64,000 nt of DNA from Octopus sinensis (GCF_006345805.1 NC_043003.1:40796001-40860000), one strand, 5' to 3'; positions 22,447-37,879 are shown, counted from the stretch's first letter. Notes: generated by a model not told the origin, from the sequence alone. Made by a program: numbers and translations.

Positions 22447-23975
22447 GGTGTTACGAATTGGCAGGATCTTAAGAGTGCATGATAGAATGCATAGCGATAC
22501 TCACTCTGACCTTCTGAGCTTAGATCCTGCTGGGGCCAACTCTACGAATCGACGATTTGGAGCCGATGAGGAAAAAATGAAAACTCACCAAGGTGAATGG
22601 TCCAAACATCAGATGAAATGTATTGAAGCATCTCTGTTCTCTGAGTTCAAATCTTACCCTATCATCAAATAGACCACTCTTTCAGCAGTTACCGCTGACG
22701 AATGGTAATTAGGAATTGGAAAAATTGATTGCACCACTATGGCATTTATACACACTATCTTTGTTCCGTCTTGGACAATGTAAGACAAAGTTTATCTAAA
22801 TATTATTAGTGGGGGAATCACCGTATGGTAATACACTTGGAGAAGATTAATTGTTCCTTTGTTCAATTGTTGTTGTTGTTGGTTGTGGTTTTTCTTGCTG
22901 TTTGACTCCATATTGCCTTTAATTGTGGAGATTTATGATCAAAAGACATTGCAGCCTAGACCAGTCTGAACTCTTTTGCCACGGTATTGTCAACTATGAC
23001 CTATATTGATGCAGAATCAGTTACTCTTCTTAGGGGATTGAACGATTACGTTGTGGCTCTCTGTTGGTGTGATAAATGTTATTGTTTAAACCTACGTTAG
23101 CCCTGACTGACAAGACATGATTAAAGTTATTTCGGATATGCCCAACTAGGTAAAAGTACATAACTGTTAATATTTTTTATGGGTATTGGTGCATAGCTAA
23201 ATATAGCTCGGAGTGAGAAAACATACGACACAAGGTATTCCAGCCATGACTAACCAATCCTTTTTCATATCTGTATCGACTCCAGGCATATATTATACAA
23301 AGTGTTCGTTTTCTTTAAGATGATTGATTGTTAATGTAGTGGTCATTTGGTTACTATTTCTAGCACGTGAATTGTACAAGTAAACACCCTCTTATTTGCG
23401 CAAGGTTGGTGTTGTGGTTTTTGTTAACTAATACTTCAACTCAACCTGACTTATCTATGATGGAAGACATTCAACCTTATAAACATCCCATCATTTTTCG
23501 AACAATACTTGTGCTGATGGTAACTGTGACTTGGTGATGGATCAATTCTCGTCTAGAAGACCTCTAATTAAAACCATTTCAGCTGCAATCATCATGTCTC
23601 CGTGTTCATCATCCACAGAATTCTCCAGTACATCCATTCCATTTTTAGGATCTCTTCATAGATTTTTCAGGTAAATCGGTTGACCTTTCAAGCTGGTTAA
23701 ATGATCGAAGAAAAACATGCTCATTAGGTCATAGCTATGGTTGTTATTTGTAATCGTGGTGTTTTATGGTGATGTTTATCTACAGAGTTTTTGGGCCGGT
23801 ATAATTAGATTTGTTCTGTGGATGGAGATAGATCTAATATTTAGGCGAGAAGTTATAGAGGATGATGTGAGAGTGTCGTTCACAGCAGCGCAGTTTTAGG
23901 AGGGGAAGTAAGGTACAGAGTATTCATTGTGTTGTTGTTTTTGTTGTTAGTAAGAGTGATAAAAGAAATGGATAT

Positions 23976-24030
<55 letters not shown>

Positions 24031-24620
24031 GTACATACGTATGTATGCATGTAGATATATATATATGTATATATATATAAATATAAATATATATATATCT
24101 ACATATATATATATATGTGTGTGTGTGTATATGAGTAAATGTTATGACAAGAATGTTAGGCTAGTGGATTTGCACAGAATATTAAATACATTTAATAGAA
24201 AAATGTACATTTGTATGGATATAAAAATAGATCGGATTACAGAATATGAATAATATCACGAGTTAAATTGATTGAGTTTTACGAGTTCAACAGCTGTTTC
24301 TGGGGCTTTCGAGGTCCGAAATATTGATAGTTACTTGGATTCATTTTCAGATAACACCGCCCCCGTCTTCAGGAGAGAATTTTACATTTGTGGTATTGAC
24401 AGGATGGAATTTAAAGATAGAATGATTTTGTGGAGAACTTTGTTAGGAAGGGGAGTTGGGAGTGATTAGATAAAGAGTAGTGGGAGCAGAAAATAGAGTT
24501 CATGGTTAGGGTTAATAATGAGGCTAAGCCTCATTATTAACCCTCGATCGACTTGTCATTGCATTTACTCATCTACCGGCTGAAATGCAAATAATTTGAG
24601 CACTTCGAAATGTATTCTAT

Positions 24621-25292
<672 letters not shown>

Positions 25293-25587
25293 TACTGTTA
25301 TTTGTGATGTTGTTTATGCCTGTGATGTTCGTGATGGCGTTGCTATTTGTTCCGGAAGTAACACATGTTCGCAATGTGTGATAACAGCCATGTTATATGG
25401 ATAGAGACTCACCAGAAGACGTAAAGATACTTGAAGCGTTTGTAGCTGTCATTTTGAAAGTACGCTATATCCGTATATGTGTATGTTGTTTATATGTCTA
25501 AATGTACGTGTTGTTGTGTGCATGTGTCAGTGTCTACACACAAACCCATCAACATACTAACTATACATACATACATATATAATACAT

Positions 25588-25632
<45 letters not shown>

Positions 25633-26561
25633 CGTACACAAGATTATAAGAGAGAGGTGGATGTAAGCGTACATGTTTTCTCACTTAGGTAACCATGATT
25701 AAGAATATGAATGAAGGAAACTAGACATGGTAAATCCATTGCATTGCTATTCATGTACAATCCATCAACCGAGGTATACACGTATATACATACATACATA
25801 CATACACGGGCTTATAGACATACGCCCACACACATAGTACATTTATATATGTATATGCATATATTTCTCTATAAATGTATGTGTTTGTCTGTGTATGTAC
25901 TTACATGCATAGAAACACATAAAGATACGTACAAACACGCTCACACATGCATATATGTAATTATTTTGTATGTTCCAGACGGGCAAGCGTGAAATTACTA
26001 AAATTACAATAATTCTCACGTAATTTAACAATCGGAAATGAGATAATGTCAAAAAATTTTATATACTAACCTTTTGTAGTATAGATAAAAATCCAGAAAC
26101 ATGAGGGTGTCGTTTACTCTATGCCATCGAGCCCAGTACTTTAGTTTATTGACCATGGATAAAAAGTTGAACTGGGTGGGATTTGAATTCATCACGTAAA
26201 GAGGAGGATGAAATTCTGAAGTAGTTTTGTCTGAGGTTCTTACGATTCTCTTTATGAACAAAAATAATAGAAACAACAAAAATATTTTGAGTCGGCATGT
26301 TAAAACGTGAAATAGATTTTGAAAAGAAAAGAAAATGTTATTGAAATGACTGGGCCCACCAAAAGACATTTTATAACTAAAGACGAGGGTTATAGTTCGT
26401 TTGAAGAATTGTAGTACAGATATAGAGTAATAAACAAAAAGGGAAATGAGGAAAGCTTATAACAATGCAGGGAGTTATCCACGTGGGTGGAAGTACGTTG
26501 ACACTTATTTCTTTGACTGTATTGCTCTGAAACCCGGCGTTTGAGCCTAAAATGTTTGGCC

Positions 26562-26913
26562 ATTTCCAGCAATGGCTCTAACTAAGGTATCATTTAATTT
26601 TCTTGGGTCTTTAAATTGAGCAAACCTATAAATAATGACTACTGGAAACTGTCAAATAAAACAATTATAAAGGAATTATATGTAATGGCCGTTATTTTCT
26701 CTTTTCTGCTATATATCACTCTCTAAAAACCTGTTTATATGAAGCCCATGCACGGGTTTACAATACAGAATTGTGGTGAACTATAACACTGAGCCTTACC
26801 AAAACATTACTTGGAATTCTTCACTAATCTAAGAAATATTGTTAGCCTGTTGTGTCAACAGAGAACTTATGATTTATTTTGCCCGGATTGATAATTCTTC
26901 AGTATTTGTTCTA
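26562..26913 (+). repeat. Local duplicated unit, copy 2
   Basis: atttccagcaatggctctaactaaggtatc...cagtatttgttctatata, as in copy 1. Confidence 0.95.
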
Positions 26914-26915
26914 TA

Positions 26916-26975
<60 letters not shown>

Positions 26976-26980
26976 CAAGT

Positions 26981-27125
26981 GCTCTTTTTGCTATTTCCAG
27001 CAATGGCTCTAACTAAGGTATCATTTAATTTTCTTGGGTCTTTAAATTGAGTAAACCTATATATAATGACTACTGGAAACAGCCAAATAAAACAACTATA
27101 AAGGAATTATATGTAATAACCGTTA
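26981..27125 (+). repeat. Local duplicated unit, copy 3 (partial)
   Basis: gctctttttgctatttccagcaatggctctaactaaggtatc...aaggaattatatgtaat. Confidence 0.95.
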
Positions 27126-27920
27126 TAACAATGCAGGGAGCATTGTTATAGAAGAGCATTTTAAACGCACTTCTCTGCGTTGTTAGAATCGTTCCTCATT
27201 TCCTATTTTCCTATATTATTCTACTCATTTTATAGCTAATTTAATGGTAAATACGAAACGCCGCATCAAGGTTTTCGTTCCAAAGCCTGTTTCAAAGTAT
27301 CAAACTTAGTGATATGAAGAAATAATAATAGATTAATGTATAATGAACAATGTAATTTTAACTGCTTAACAAAAATGAATAATAAATACAGAGAATACAC
27401 GTATGCACACGCTCGTAGAAACACAGACACAGATTTATTCCATGATAAACACACACAACAGTAGCAACTTGATACGAATGCAAACGTACAGGCATATAAA
27501 CACACACACATACTCATGTTTGGGAATAAATAGTGTTTAGTAGCATATAAAGTGAAAGAGATAGTTAAATACAATTGCAAGAAGGAATCCAAAATGGTTA
27601 TAAAATATATAACGAAATATACTTGAAAATCCTGATTGACATATAAGTATGCAAATATATAATAACAAGACAAGAGTAATATTTATCGATGGACTGACCA
27701 TCTCAAGGTACAACACAATAGGTTTCAGGATCTTGATAAGGTTCCTCCGCAAAACAAATATATAATAGTGTATAAAATAGTGTACAGTGTTATTCAATAA
27801 CGTTCTTATTGAGAAAATAAAATTGTGTTCATTTAGTAACAAATGATTTTAGTACGGATTGCTGTTGTTGTACTGAAAAAATGTTTGTTGATTTCTTGTT
27901 AAACATTTATTTTTTCTTTA

Positions 27921-28308
27921 CAGGAGTGGCTGTGTGGTAATTAGCTTGCTTCCGAACCACATGGTTCACTCCCACTGCGTGGCACCTTGGGCAAGTGTCT
28001 TCTACTATAGTCTTCGGGCCGACCGAAGCCTTGTGAGTGAATTTGGTAGACGGAAACTAAAAGAAGCCCGTCATATATATGTATATGTATATATATGTGT
28101 ATGTGTGTTTGTGTGTCTGTGTTTGTCCCCCAACATCGCTTGACAACCGATCTTGGTGTGTTTACGTCCCTGTAACTTAGCGGTTTGGCAAAAGAGACCG
28201 ATAGAATAAGTACTAGGCTTACAAAGAATTAGTCCTGGGGTCGATTTGCTCGACTAAAGGCGATGCTCCAGCATGGTCGCAGTCAAATAACTGAAACAAG
28301 TAAAAGAG
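27921..28308 (+). mobile_element. SINE family B, near full length
   Basis: ggagtggctgtgtggtaa head, ccttgggcaagtgtcttctactatag core, internal (TA)/(TG) tract, 3' end ctgaaacaagtaaaagag. Confidence 0.92.
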
Positions 28309-28409
28309 AGATATAGTGAATACAAATATTCTCGCAAAGAAAAATTTCTATATATGGTTACATAATTTAGAATCTGGCTTTGTATCCGCCTGGTTTCGGA
28401 CCGAGAAGG

Positions 28410-28727
28410 GGAAGACTCCCTTCGGTCAAAAATAGCCATGAGATTACACTTAGAGAGTTAACCTCCAATGCACAAGTCCGGGTAAGGTTGTTTATCGAAG
28501 GCCAGCAGTCACCCATACATACCAGCTACCGATGTCATTCAAGGGAAAGGCAAAGGCCGATACAGCTCCGCACCAGTGACGTCACAGCCCATTTCTACAA
28601 CTGAATGAACTGGAGCAACGTGAGATAAAGCGTCTTGTTCAAGAACACAACACACAGCCTGATCCGGGAATCGAACTTACCACCTCATGATTGTGATAAC
28701 AATGCTCTAACCACAGAGCTATGCGCT
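28410..28727 (-). mobile_element. tRNA-derived SINE, family E
   Basis: Reverse complement head gcgcatagctctgtggttagagc...gttcgattcc and ttgtgttcttgaacaagac, related to family C. Confidence 0.75.
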
Positions 28728-28845
28728 TTTCGGGCTCAGTCGTACTGCGAAGCTCCATCAGTAAATATTTTCTAGCTATAGTTCCGGGCCTAAAAATACC
28801 TCTTTTCAGTGAATTTGGTTGAGAGGGAATGTAAGGAAGTCCATC

Positions 28846-28897
<52 letters not shown>

Positions 28898-31559
28898 GTG
28901 TTTGTGTATGTGTGTGTATGTGTGTGTTTGTGTTGTTGTGCTTTCACCACCACCGCTGTTGGTTTGTTTACGTCTAGTAATATAACCGTTCGGCAAAATA
29001 AACTGATTGAATAAGTAAATCAAAAATACTCTGCGTTTTGTACTCATGCAACGTTTCTTAGTGTGTGGATATTCTGGATGTGATTGATTTGATTAAAAAT
29101 ACCACGTAGACTGCGTAATTCGAATCATTCAATTATTTGCTATTGCACTAGTCAATAATAATATCATTGTATCGTTCTCTATCTACGATTGTCAGCTTCG
29201 TATGTAGTCTATTAGAGAGGAAAATTGAGATAAAGTGGAAATATAAGATATGGTGTTGATTTGTAACTCTTTATAAGATTATATCAATGTATTTAATTTT
29301 ATTTCGTGATTAAAAAAGTTTCCAGAAACGATTTGTGATTGAAACAATCATATTGTGTAGAAAGTTTATCATTATAGTTAATCTAAAACAACACAAAAGT
29401 AATTTGGCAATTTTTTTGTAAACAAAATTATACTAGATTCTGTAGGAAAATATAATCTTCATTAGCTACAGACAGATATTGATCTTTCAGATCGTGAAAT
29501 AATGATTGATGAAAAACGAGACATATAGTTTCTGAATCGGTAACAGATACAAAATTTGTTCAGATAAATTTACTGATCAAGTCACTAATAATCATAAAAT
29601 TTTGATTGAAATGTGAAAGAGACTTTCGTACAATGTATCCACCCGTTTTATCACAAAGGAATTGTTACAAAACCAGTAGCCAAAATTGAACAAATTCTTC
29701 ATAAATATGATCTTCGAGCTAACAATTGCCTAGAAATCAAGTGTTGTTAAACTAAAATTCTTATCTTTATATTCACTGTATATATACTTTCAGATATTTT
29801 CACACATCTCAGAAATTACACAATTATTGTAGCCTTTCCTATTAAGCTTCGTAGCTCAGCTACTCGTGAAAATTTACACGAGAATTTTAAGTAATATTTA
29901 CTAAAAGACAAACTACATAAATTATATATACAAATATGCATACAATCATGCATACCGAAAAACGCATTTAAACATATATTATGTGTCTATACAAACATTC
30001 TTATGTACATAAATTCGTATAGAAAACCTGAAAGATACATAATTGGCTCACAGGAGGATTGAAAGCCGATGAAAACCAGCTTCTGTGTCGGTAACATGAA
30101 AGTATATATACAAATATTAAGGGTATGGGGAAGAGATTTAACCTAACTACGCCGATTTCAAAGGATATGGAGGATCGCGACCAGAATAAAATCTTCTCTG
30201 CGACTCTAAAGAGAGGGTTACATTACATACAACCCAGTATAGTAACATTTATATCAGTAGGTTGTGTTTTCTCTCTGTTCATGTTTGGATTAACTATATA
30301 TATACATACATTCATATATATATTATATATATATATATATATAAATTCAGCAGGTGAGAGCCAGAGATGCTCACATAGAACACATGTAGAATACAACCAG
30401 CCTCACCTCTTCCCACTCATCACTTGACTCACCATTTCTACTTGTATACAATCCGATGATCAATCATTTCTCTCTCTCTCCCTCTCTCTCTCCCCCCTCT
30501 CTCTCTCTCTCTGCCTCTCTTATCTTCTCTTACCATTCCTCTGCTTAAACACAATCACCCCCCTTGAACCCCTTTCATGTTCTTTGTACTTGCTTTTACT
30601 CACCTTCCACTTCTTCCATTCTCTCCTGAAATTTTTAGCACAATAGTGTGAACTGCTATTTGGTGATTTTTCAGACTTGTCGAAGGATGCCAATATTACG
30701 GTAAGGTATATATATATATATTCTCTAATGGTTACCTATCCCTGAATTTTTGCTCACTCCATCTGCCAAGTACGAACAGTATTACTTAATTCTGAGCTAC
30801 CTGGAACAGTTCTCGGGTTTAAAATAATGTCGTTACCGACTAACAACATTTATATCCTACTTAATGTGGATGTATTGTAAGAACGTCATAGCACTGAGGT
30901 ATTCGTCTTGAGAGAGAAAGCCGTGCAGACGGTTAGTGCTTAAAAGCACAGAAAAACATTACATGTAGTTGCGATATCAGTGCTTAATTACTAATTGTTT
31001 TTCTATATATCGTTGCAAGCGAAGATTAACACCAAAGGTAATAGCGGGTAGCTGCCGCTGATGAAGTGAAATCCTGATGAAATCGTGTGACTGAGCAGTT
31101 CTGTCACGCGTGGTGGAAAAATTTCCTCGGTCACTTATTTTCTGTGCTTTCAAGCACCAAAGATCTACATAAGATGTTTTCTCAAACTGCTGTATGATGA
31201 GTATAGCACGGGCCCAGTTTCGACGCATGTTACGACCCGTTCTGGGTCTCTTCAGGTACATCAATAAAAATGGTCTTAGAAGTTTTCTCATTCGGTTTTA
31301 CGTACTGCTATATGTTCATCAACTTTGAGAATGAGTAAAAAAAGCAGGAAAATTGAAACGCCAAAAATTCAAATATGAACGTGAAAATTATACATTCTAG
31401 TTTAGAGAAAATGAGGTAATGAGCCTTCGCTGTTGAAAATGTTCAGAGAAAGAAAAGGATGTAGAAGTTGAAAGAAAGATATTACTTAGACGAAATTTTT
31501 TGGTGCTCGTGCTTAAACGCACATATACATACGCGCTCATACACGCACATATATGGATG

Positions 31560-32689
<1,130 letters not shown>

Positions 32690-32690
<1 letters not shown>

Positions 32691-32850
32691 AGGACATGCT
32701 TCTACAAAGATTCTGCTTACGAAATTCACTCGCAAGGCAATGGGTAGCTCGAAACTATAGTTGAAATCACTTGCCAGCTGTGACACGCAGTAGGTCTGAA
32801 TCCAAGACCACCTGCGTGCAAAGTGAGCGTTTTAACCAGACAACCATATA
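32690..32850 (-). mobile_element. SINE family B fragment
   Basis: aaattcactcgcaaggc...ctatagttgaaatcacttgccagctgtgacacgcag. Confidence 0.65.
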
Positions 32851-33149
32851 TATCTAGATCTATTCATAAATACAAAATCCTACGTGTTTTTCCTAGCTTC
32901 CATAGCATTTAATAACTTCAAGTTCAAAACTCTTCTCTAAGCACATCCAGTTCTAGCTCGTTATTACTTTCTACCGAATGACCTGCAGAAACGTACGTAA
33001 ATTGAAGTGTCTCGCTTAATATACACAACACCCCATCCAACACTTAACAATGAGTGCAAGAAACAAAATTCAATTCTGGGTAACCAAGTTTTCGAAACGT
33101 ATTATATTATAGTAATATTGATTTCAAAATTTTGCAGAAGGCCAGCACG

Positions 33150-33690
33150 TTCGGGTGAGGAGTTAAAATTACATCGACCCCATCCGACGCCGAAATGATG
33201 GAAAGCAAGATCGATCTCGGCAGAATTTGAACTCAGAACGTAAATACGGACAAAATACCGCTATGCATTTTACTCGTCGTGTTAACTATTATGCCACCTC
33301 GCAGACCTATATCATAATATTATTGATTTCAAATTTTTGGCACAGGGCCAGCATTTTTCAGGAAGGAGTAAGTCGATTACATTAAACCTATTAATCAACT
33401 GCTGTTTATTTATCGACACAAAAGTGAAAAGGTAAGGTCAACCACGACGGAATTTGAACTCAGAACGTGAAGACGGAAATGAAGGAAATGCTCGGCGTCC
33501 TAATCATTCTGCCATCTTATTTCAATTTCGCCAAAGGTAGCGAGCTGGTAGAATCGTTACCGCATCGATGAAAATACTTCACAGCGTTATTTTTTTCTAG
33601 CTCTTTACGTTCTGAGTTCAATCCTTTTTGAGTTGATAAAATATAGTACCAGTTGCACCTCAGGGTCCACGAAGTTGTCAATCAAGCCCT
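33150..33690. mobile_element. Cluster of three degraded family A SINEs (two on -, one on +)
   Basis: gaatttgaactcagaacgt at about 33222 and about 33450; gagctggtagaatcgtta...ttctgagttcaa at 33541-33620. Confidence 0.8.
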
Positions 33691-34888
33691 CTCCTCCAAA
33701 GAATTTTTACAATATAACTAATGATATACAAATTCTTATCACCAGCAAAAAAATTGGTATTAATGAAAAGCGTTATTATATTTAGTAGACAAATTTAGAT
33801 TAAATGAAAAAAAATATATACACAGCTTGGATATTAGAGTTTCAGAGTAATTGTAGTCTTAGAAATTCTTCAGATGTTAGAACCCAGGGGCAAATATATA
33901 CTGAATAATATTTAAATTATTTATCTGTGTTATTCATGAAAGAATCGCCCCCCGAAGGGTTCGGTAAGACATAGAGGCGGGGATAGTACAGAGGAGAAGT
34001 TCTTTTCATATGATGATAATATTCTTCGGAATCAATGATAGAGTTTATTACACTTCTAGATGGCCATCAGAATAGAATATAAGCGCATATGTGTGTTTGC
34101 GAGTGTATGTGTGTGTGTGTGTGACTGCGTGCATATGTATACACATGAATATATATATCTGTATCTGTGTATATACACACGCACACACACACACGAATAC
34201 AAACATACGCGTAAACACACACACATATGTCTCTAGTAATCTACCTTATCTATCTGCAGAAATGCGTGCTCAGCAATCTTTCTCAATCTGTCACTTTCCC
34301 GCGCCCTCTCTCTTTACCTCTCTCTGCTTCATTCTGTTTGTTTGTGTGTGTGTCTCTCCACTTCTCTCATCTTCTCTCTCTCCTCTGTATCTCCCCACAT
34401 ATATATATATATGTATATATATAGTGTATAGATGCATACATATATATGTATGCATACATGTATGTATACCGGTGTATATATCTGTGTCTCTGTGTGTGTA
34501 TATGAATTCCATATATAGAGTATGTGTAAATTTGGCATTCAAGTTACTGATGTCATGCTGATGAAAATATTATAAGCTGTTTTCTTTGATGTCAACCCTT
34601 GGGGAAAAAAACACCCAAATGTCTATTAATGAAACTAGGTGGGTCCTTGTGCCAGGAGAGGTAGATTAAGAGAAAGATAGAAAAAGATAGATTTATTGTA
34701 CGCGATGGAAAGGGAACACAAGCCTACAATTTTAAAATAACAACAGGGGAAATATAACTAACGCAGGATTCAATCAACTTCTGCCAATGAAAAAAAAACA
34801 AAACAAAAATAAAACAAAGACGTTTATCTTTAGAGTTGTCCTTAATAAATACTTCTGGCCACCAACGGTGTTGCAGAGATTTATGTTA

Positions 34889-34904
34889 TCAAGTTGGACA
34901 TTCT
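34889..34904 (-). CDS. Hypothetical terminal coding exon of candidate peptide precursor (K-ECPT-stop)
   Basis: Acceptor ccttttcccAG, phase-2 compatible with 36384-36440; AATAAA at 34697-34692. Confidence 0.2.
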
Positions 34905-35262
34905 CTGGGAAAAGGCTACACGTAAGCAAATGCATCATGCCATGCGCTATGTGATCCGTTAGATTTTTCGTCACTTTGTCTAAGCATTTTCATTTTTTCC
35001 GTCTAATTCAGTAACTTTGTTTATGTGTTCATGGTCTGAGATTCGATGAAATGATTAAACAGGAGCATCCACGCACTCACACGCGCGCACACACTCATAT
35101 ATGCATAATATACATATACATATATAGAGAGAGTTATGTATGTATACATGTTTGTAAATGTATATATAGATAGTTATATTGTGTAAGGTACGTACGTGTG
35201 TGTGTGTGTGTATACGCGTGCGTGTTTGAGTGTGTGTATAATCCAAATAATAAGAAAGCAAG

Positions 35263-35309
<47 letters not shown>

Positions 35310-35618
35310 ATATATATATATATATTAAGAAATGGAGTCAACCGCAGGTGTTATTCAAATTTTAATACTTCCGACATATGTTTCGAAGAAAGCATTGATA
35401 TTATTCCGGAGGGAATAAAAGGATGTAAAACAATGCAATTATATCATCAGGAAAAAAAAGAAACTAAGCACATCAATAAGCCATTTTAACCGAATGTGAT
35501 TGCCGCGTATATGATGAAGGGGGATGCAGGCAATTTATTAAAAAAAACCGTTAACAGATTTAATGTCATAGGTAATTTAAAGAAAGAGGAGGAGAAAGAA
35601 AGAAAATTAAGAGTGACG

Positions 35619-35670
35619 TAGGAGTGGCTGTGTGGTAAGTAGCTTGCTTATAAACCACATGGTTCCTGTT
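35619..35670 (+). mobile_element. SINE family B, head only
   Basis: aggagtggctgtgtggtaagtagcttgcttataaaccacatggttcc. Confidence 0.8.
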
Positions 35671-36383
35671 TCACATATCTATGTGTGTGTGTATTGTGTA
35701 TGTATGTATATATATATATGCACACACGTCCTGACCCACAAGAGCCACGACGTGAGTGTTTGAAGGGAGATAATTAATGGCAGATAGAAAATTTTATTAA
35801 ATGTTAAATCTTGGAAAATTTAGCACGTGATTTTCAAATATCCTGGAAGGCAGTAGGTAATTTATTGTCATTGTTCTTCATGGATATTTCTAAAACATCA
35901 TGTATACTTCATTTATACTTCTAAAATATTCCGTTTCAATATTCTGTCTACATTACTGTAAATTTCTATAAAGTCTGTATTACATTTCAGATTTTATATA
36001 GTTTAATGTTCATTCGTAATGCATGACACCTAAATATTTCAAATCTTAGGCATATATAAAGGTGAATCAGTGAAAGAAGAAAATGTTTTGCATCTTCAAT
36101 TGCATACTAAGTTATGTGCTAAATATTAAGATGTAACTTTTCAATGAAATATTTTAGTAACGTAGATACAACTATGACAGGTCCTGCACAATATTACAGA
36201 CACTCGATATTTTTGTACAACATTCCATGAAGCTTGTCGCCAGCAGAGATTCTTTTGAAACATGATGCAGAACCTTACGCCGGAAGAGGCTGCACTCATG
36301 CATTCTCTAAGCACCACGAGGAGCCAATTTTCAATCAATATCAGTTCTTGTCCTCTAACCTGTCCACATAGCAATTAGCATAC

Positions 36384-36440
36384 TTGCCAGGATAACATGA
36401 CAAGAGATATCTTCGCATTTGCTCTTCTAATATCAAGTAC
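36384..36440 (-). CDS. Hypothetical 57-nt coding exon (YLILEEQMRRYLLSCYPG)
   Basis: Acceptor attttactcttcAG, donor AA|GTATGC; open in phase 2 and phase 0. Confidence 0.3.
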
Positions 36441-36614
36441 CTGAAGAGTAAAATATCCCACATCTCGAAGTTACACTTCTACTCCCAACTAAGCATTGAT
36501 CATTTTTGAAAATTCTATTTTTAGAACATTTTCGGGCCTCAAGTAACGTTGGGGGACTCGACCACTATTCATACATAGATATGTATTTGTATATATGTAT
36601 ATTTATACGTATGC

Positions 36615-36752
36615 AGTATGTATGTATGTATGTATGTATGTATGTATGTATGTATGTATGTATGTATGTATGTATGCATGTATGTATGTATGTATGTATG
36701 TATGTATGTATGTATGTATGTATGTATGTATGTATGTATGTATGTATGTATA
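36615..36752. repeat. (TATG)n microsatellite
   Basis: Directly visible. Confidence 0.95.
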
Positions 36753-36808
36753 CAACTTCATACATATATTTCTTGTCTAATACTCAGTGTTTGTGCGCAT
36801 AATATATA

Positions 36809-37033
36809 TTTCTTTACTACCCACAAGGGGCTAAACACAGAGGGGACAAACAAGGACAGAAAAACGGATTATGTCGATTATATCGATCCCAGTGCGTAAC
36901 TGGTACTTAATTTATCGACCCTGAAAGGATGAACGGCAAAGTCGACCTCGGCGGAATTTGAACTCAGAAGGTAACGGCAGACGAAATACGGCTACGCATT
37001 TCACCCGGCGCGCTAACGTTTCTGCCAGCTCGC
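36809..37033 (-). mobile_element. SINE family A, near full length, with candidate TSD
   Basis: A and B boxes on the minus strand; cgcataatatat at 36796-36807 and 37031-37042. Confidence 0.92.
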
Positions 37034-37879
37034 ATAATATATGTGTTTTTGTACTTATGTATGTGTGAAGGGGAGTATGTAGGAGAGACAGATTGAGAAA
37101 GAGAGAAAGGAGACCAAGTGACTTATTGGTGGCGTGTGACAGATAAAGAATATAACGTACATCATTGATTGCTAATTTGTCTTATCGCGATTTATTTGTC
37201 ATAAAGTGGCATAACATAAATAACACCGATTTATAAACAGAAAAATGTAAAGAATAGACGTAGGCACAGACTAAAATATATACAGTATTTGCAGGCGTAT
37301 AAAACGCAATCCTGCATAAGATGCACACCTATTTTACAAGTATTATTGTGTGGAGAGATTAAATTTAGTAGGCTTCATGACACACTTATTGAAAGGTTTT
37401 TAAAGAAGGGAAGATATACGCTCGCGAGCTTGTAAATAGAATAATGTGGCAGTATACTGAAATCATAAAATTATTCCTAAAACATACATAACGGGGTTAT
37501 CGTATTTCCCCTTTATAGATAACTGTATAACTAGTTATACTCTGGTCAAGAGAATCACCGTACAGGTTGTAAAGGCCAGATATGGTTTTCATATCATCCA
37601 CTCATTGCAAATATCTCATAAGCAGATGAAAATCTAACATTTCTTTCATCCTTTTAGGTGAGTTTTTCATTTAGATAATGACAAATATTTCTTATGTAAC
37701 ACAGTCATAAAGTAATGTAATAATATGCGTATGAAGTGGCCGTTATGTATACTGAGGAAGGTAGTATAATGAGATGGATACGACCTCTTTACAAAGCTGC
37801 CGATGTACTCTAAGAAACTATTAATATGTTTGCGCCATTAATCTGTGATAATTCGGTTTCTTCTTATTGTCTTATTCAT

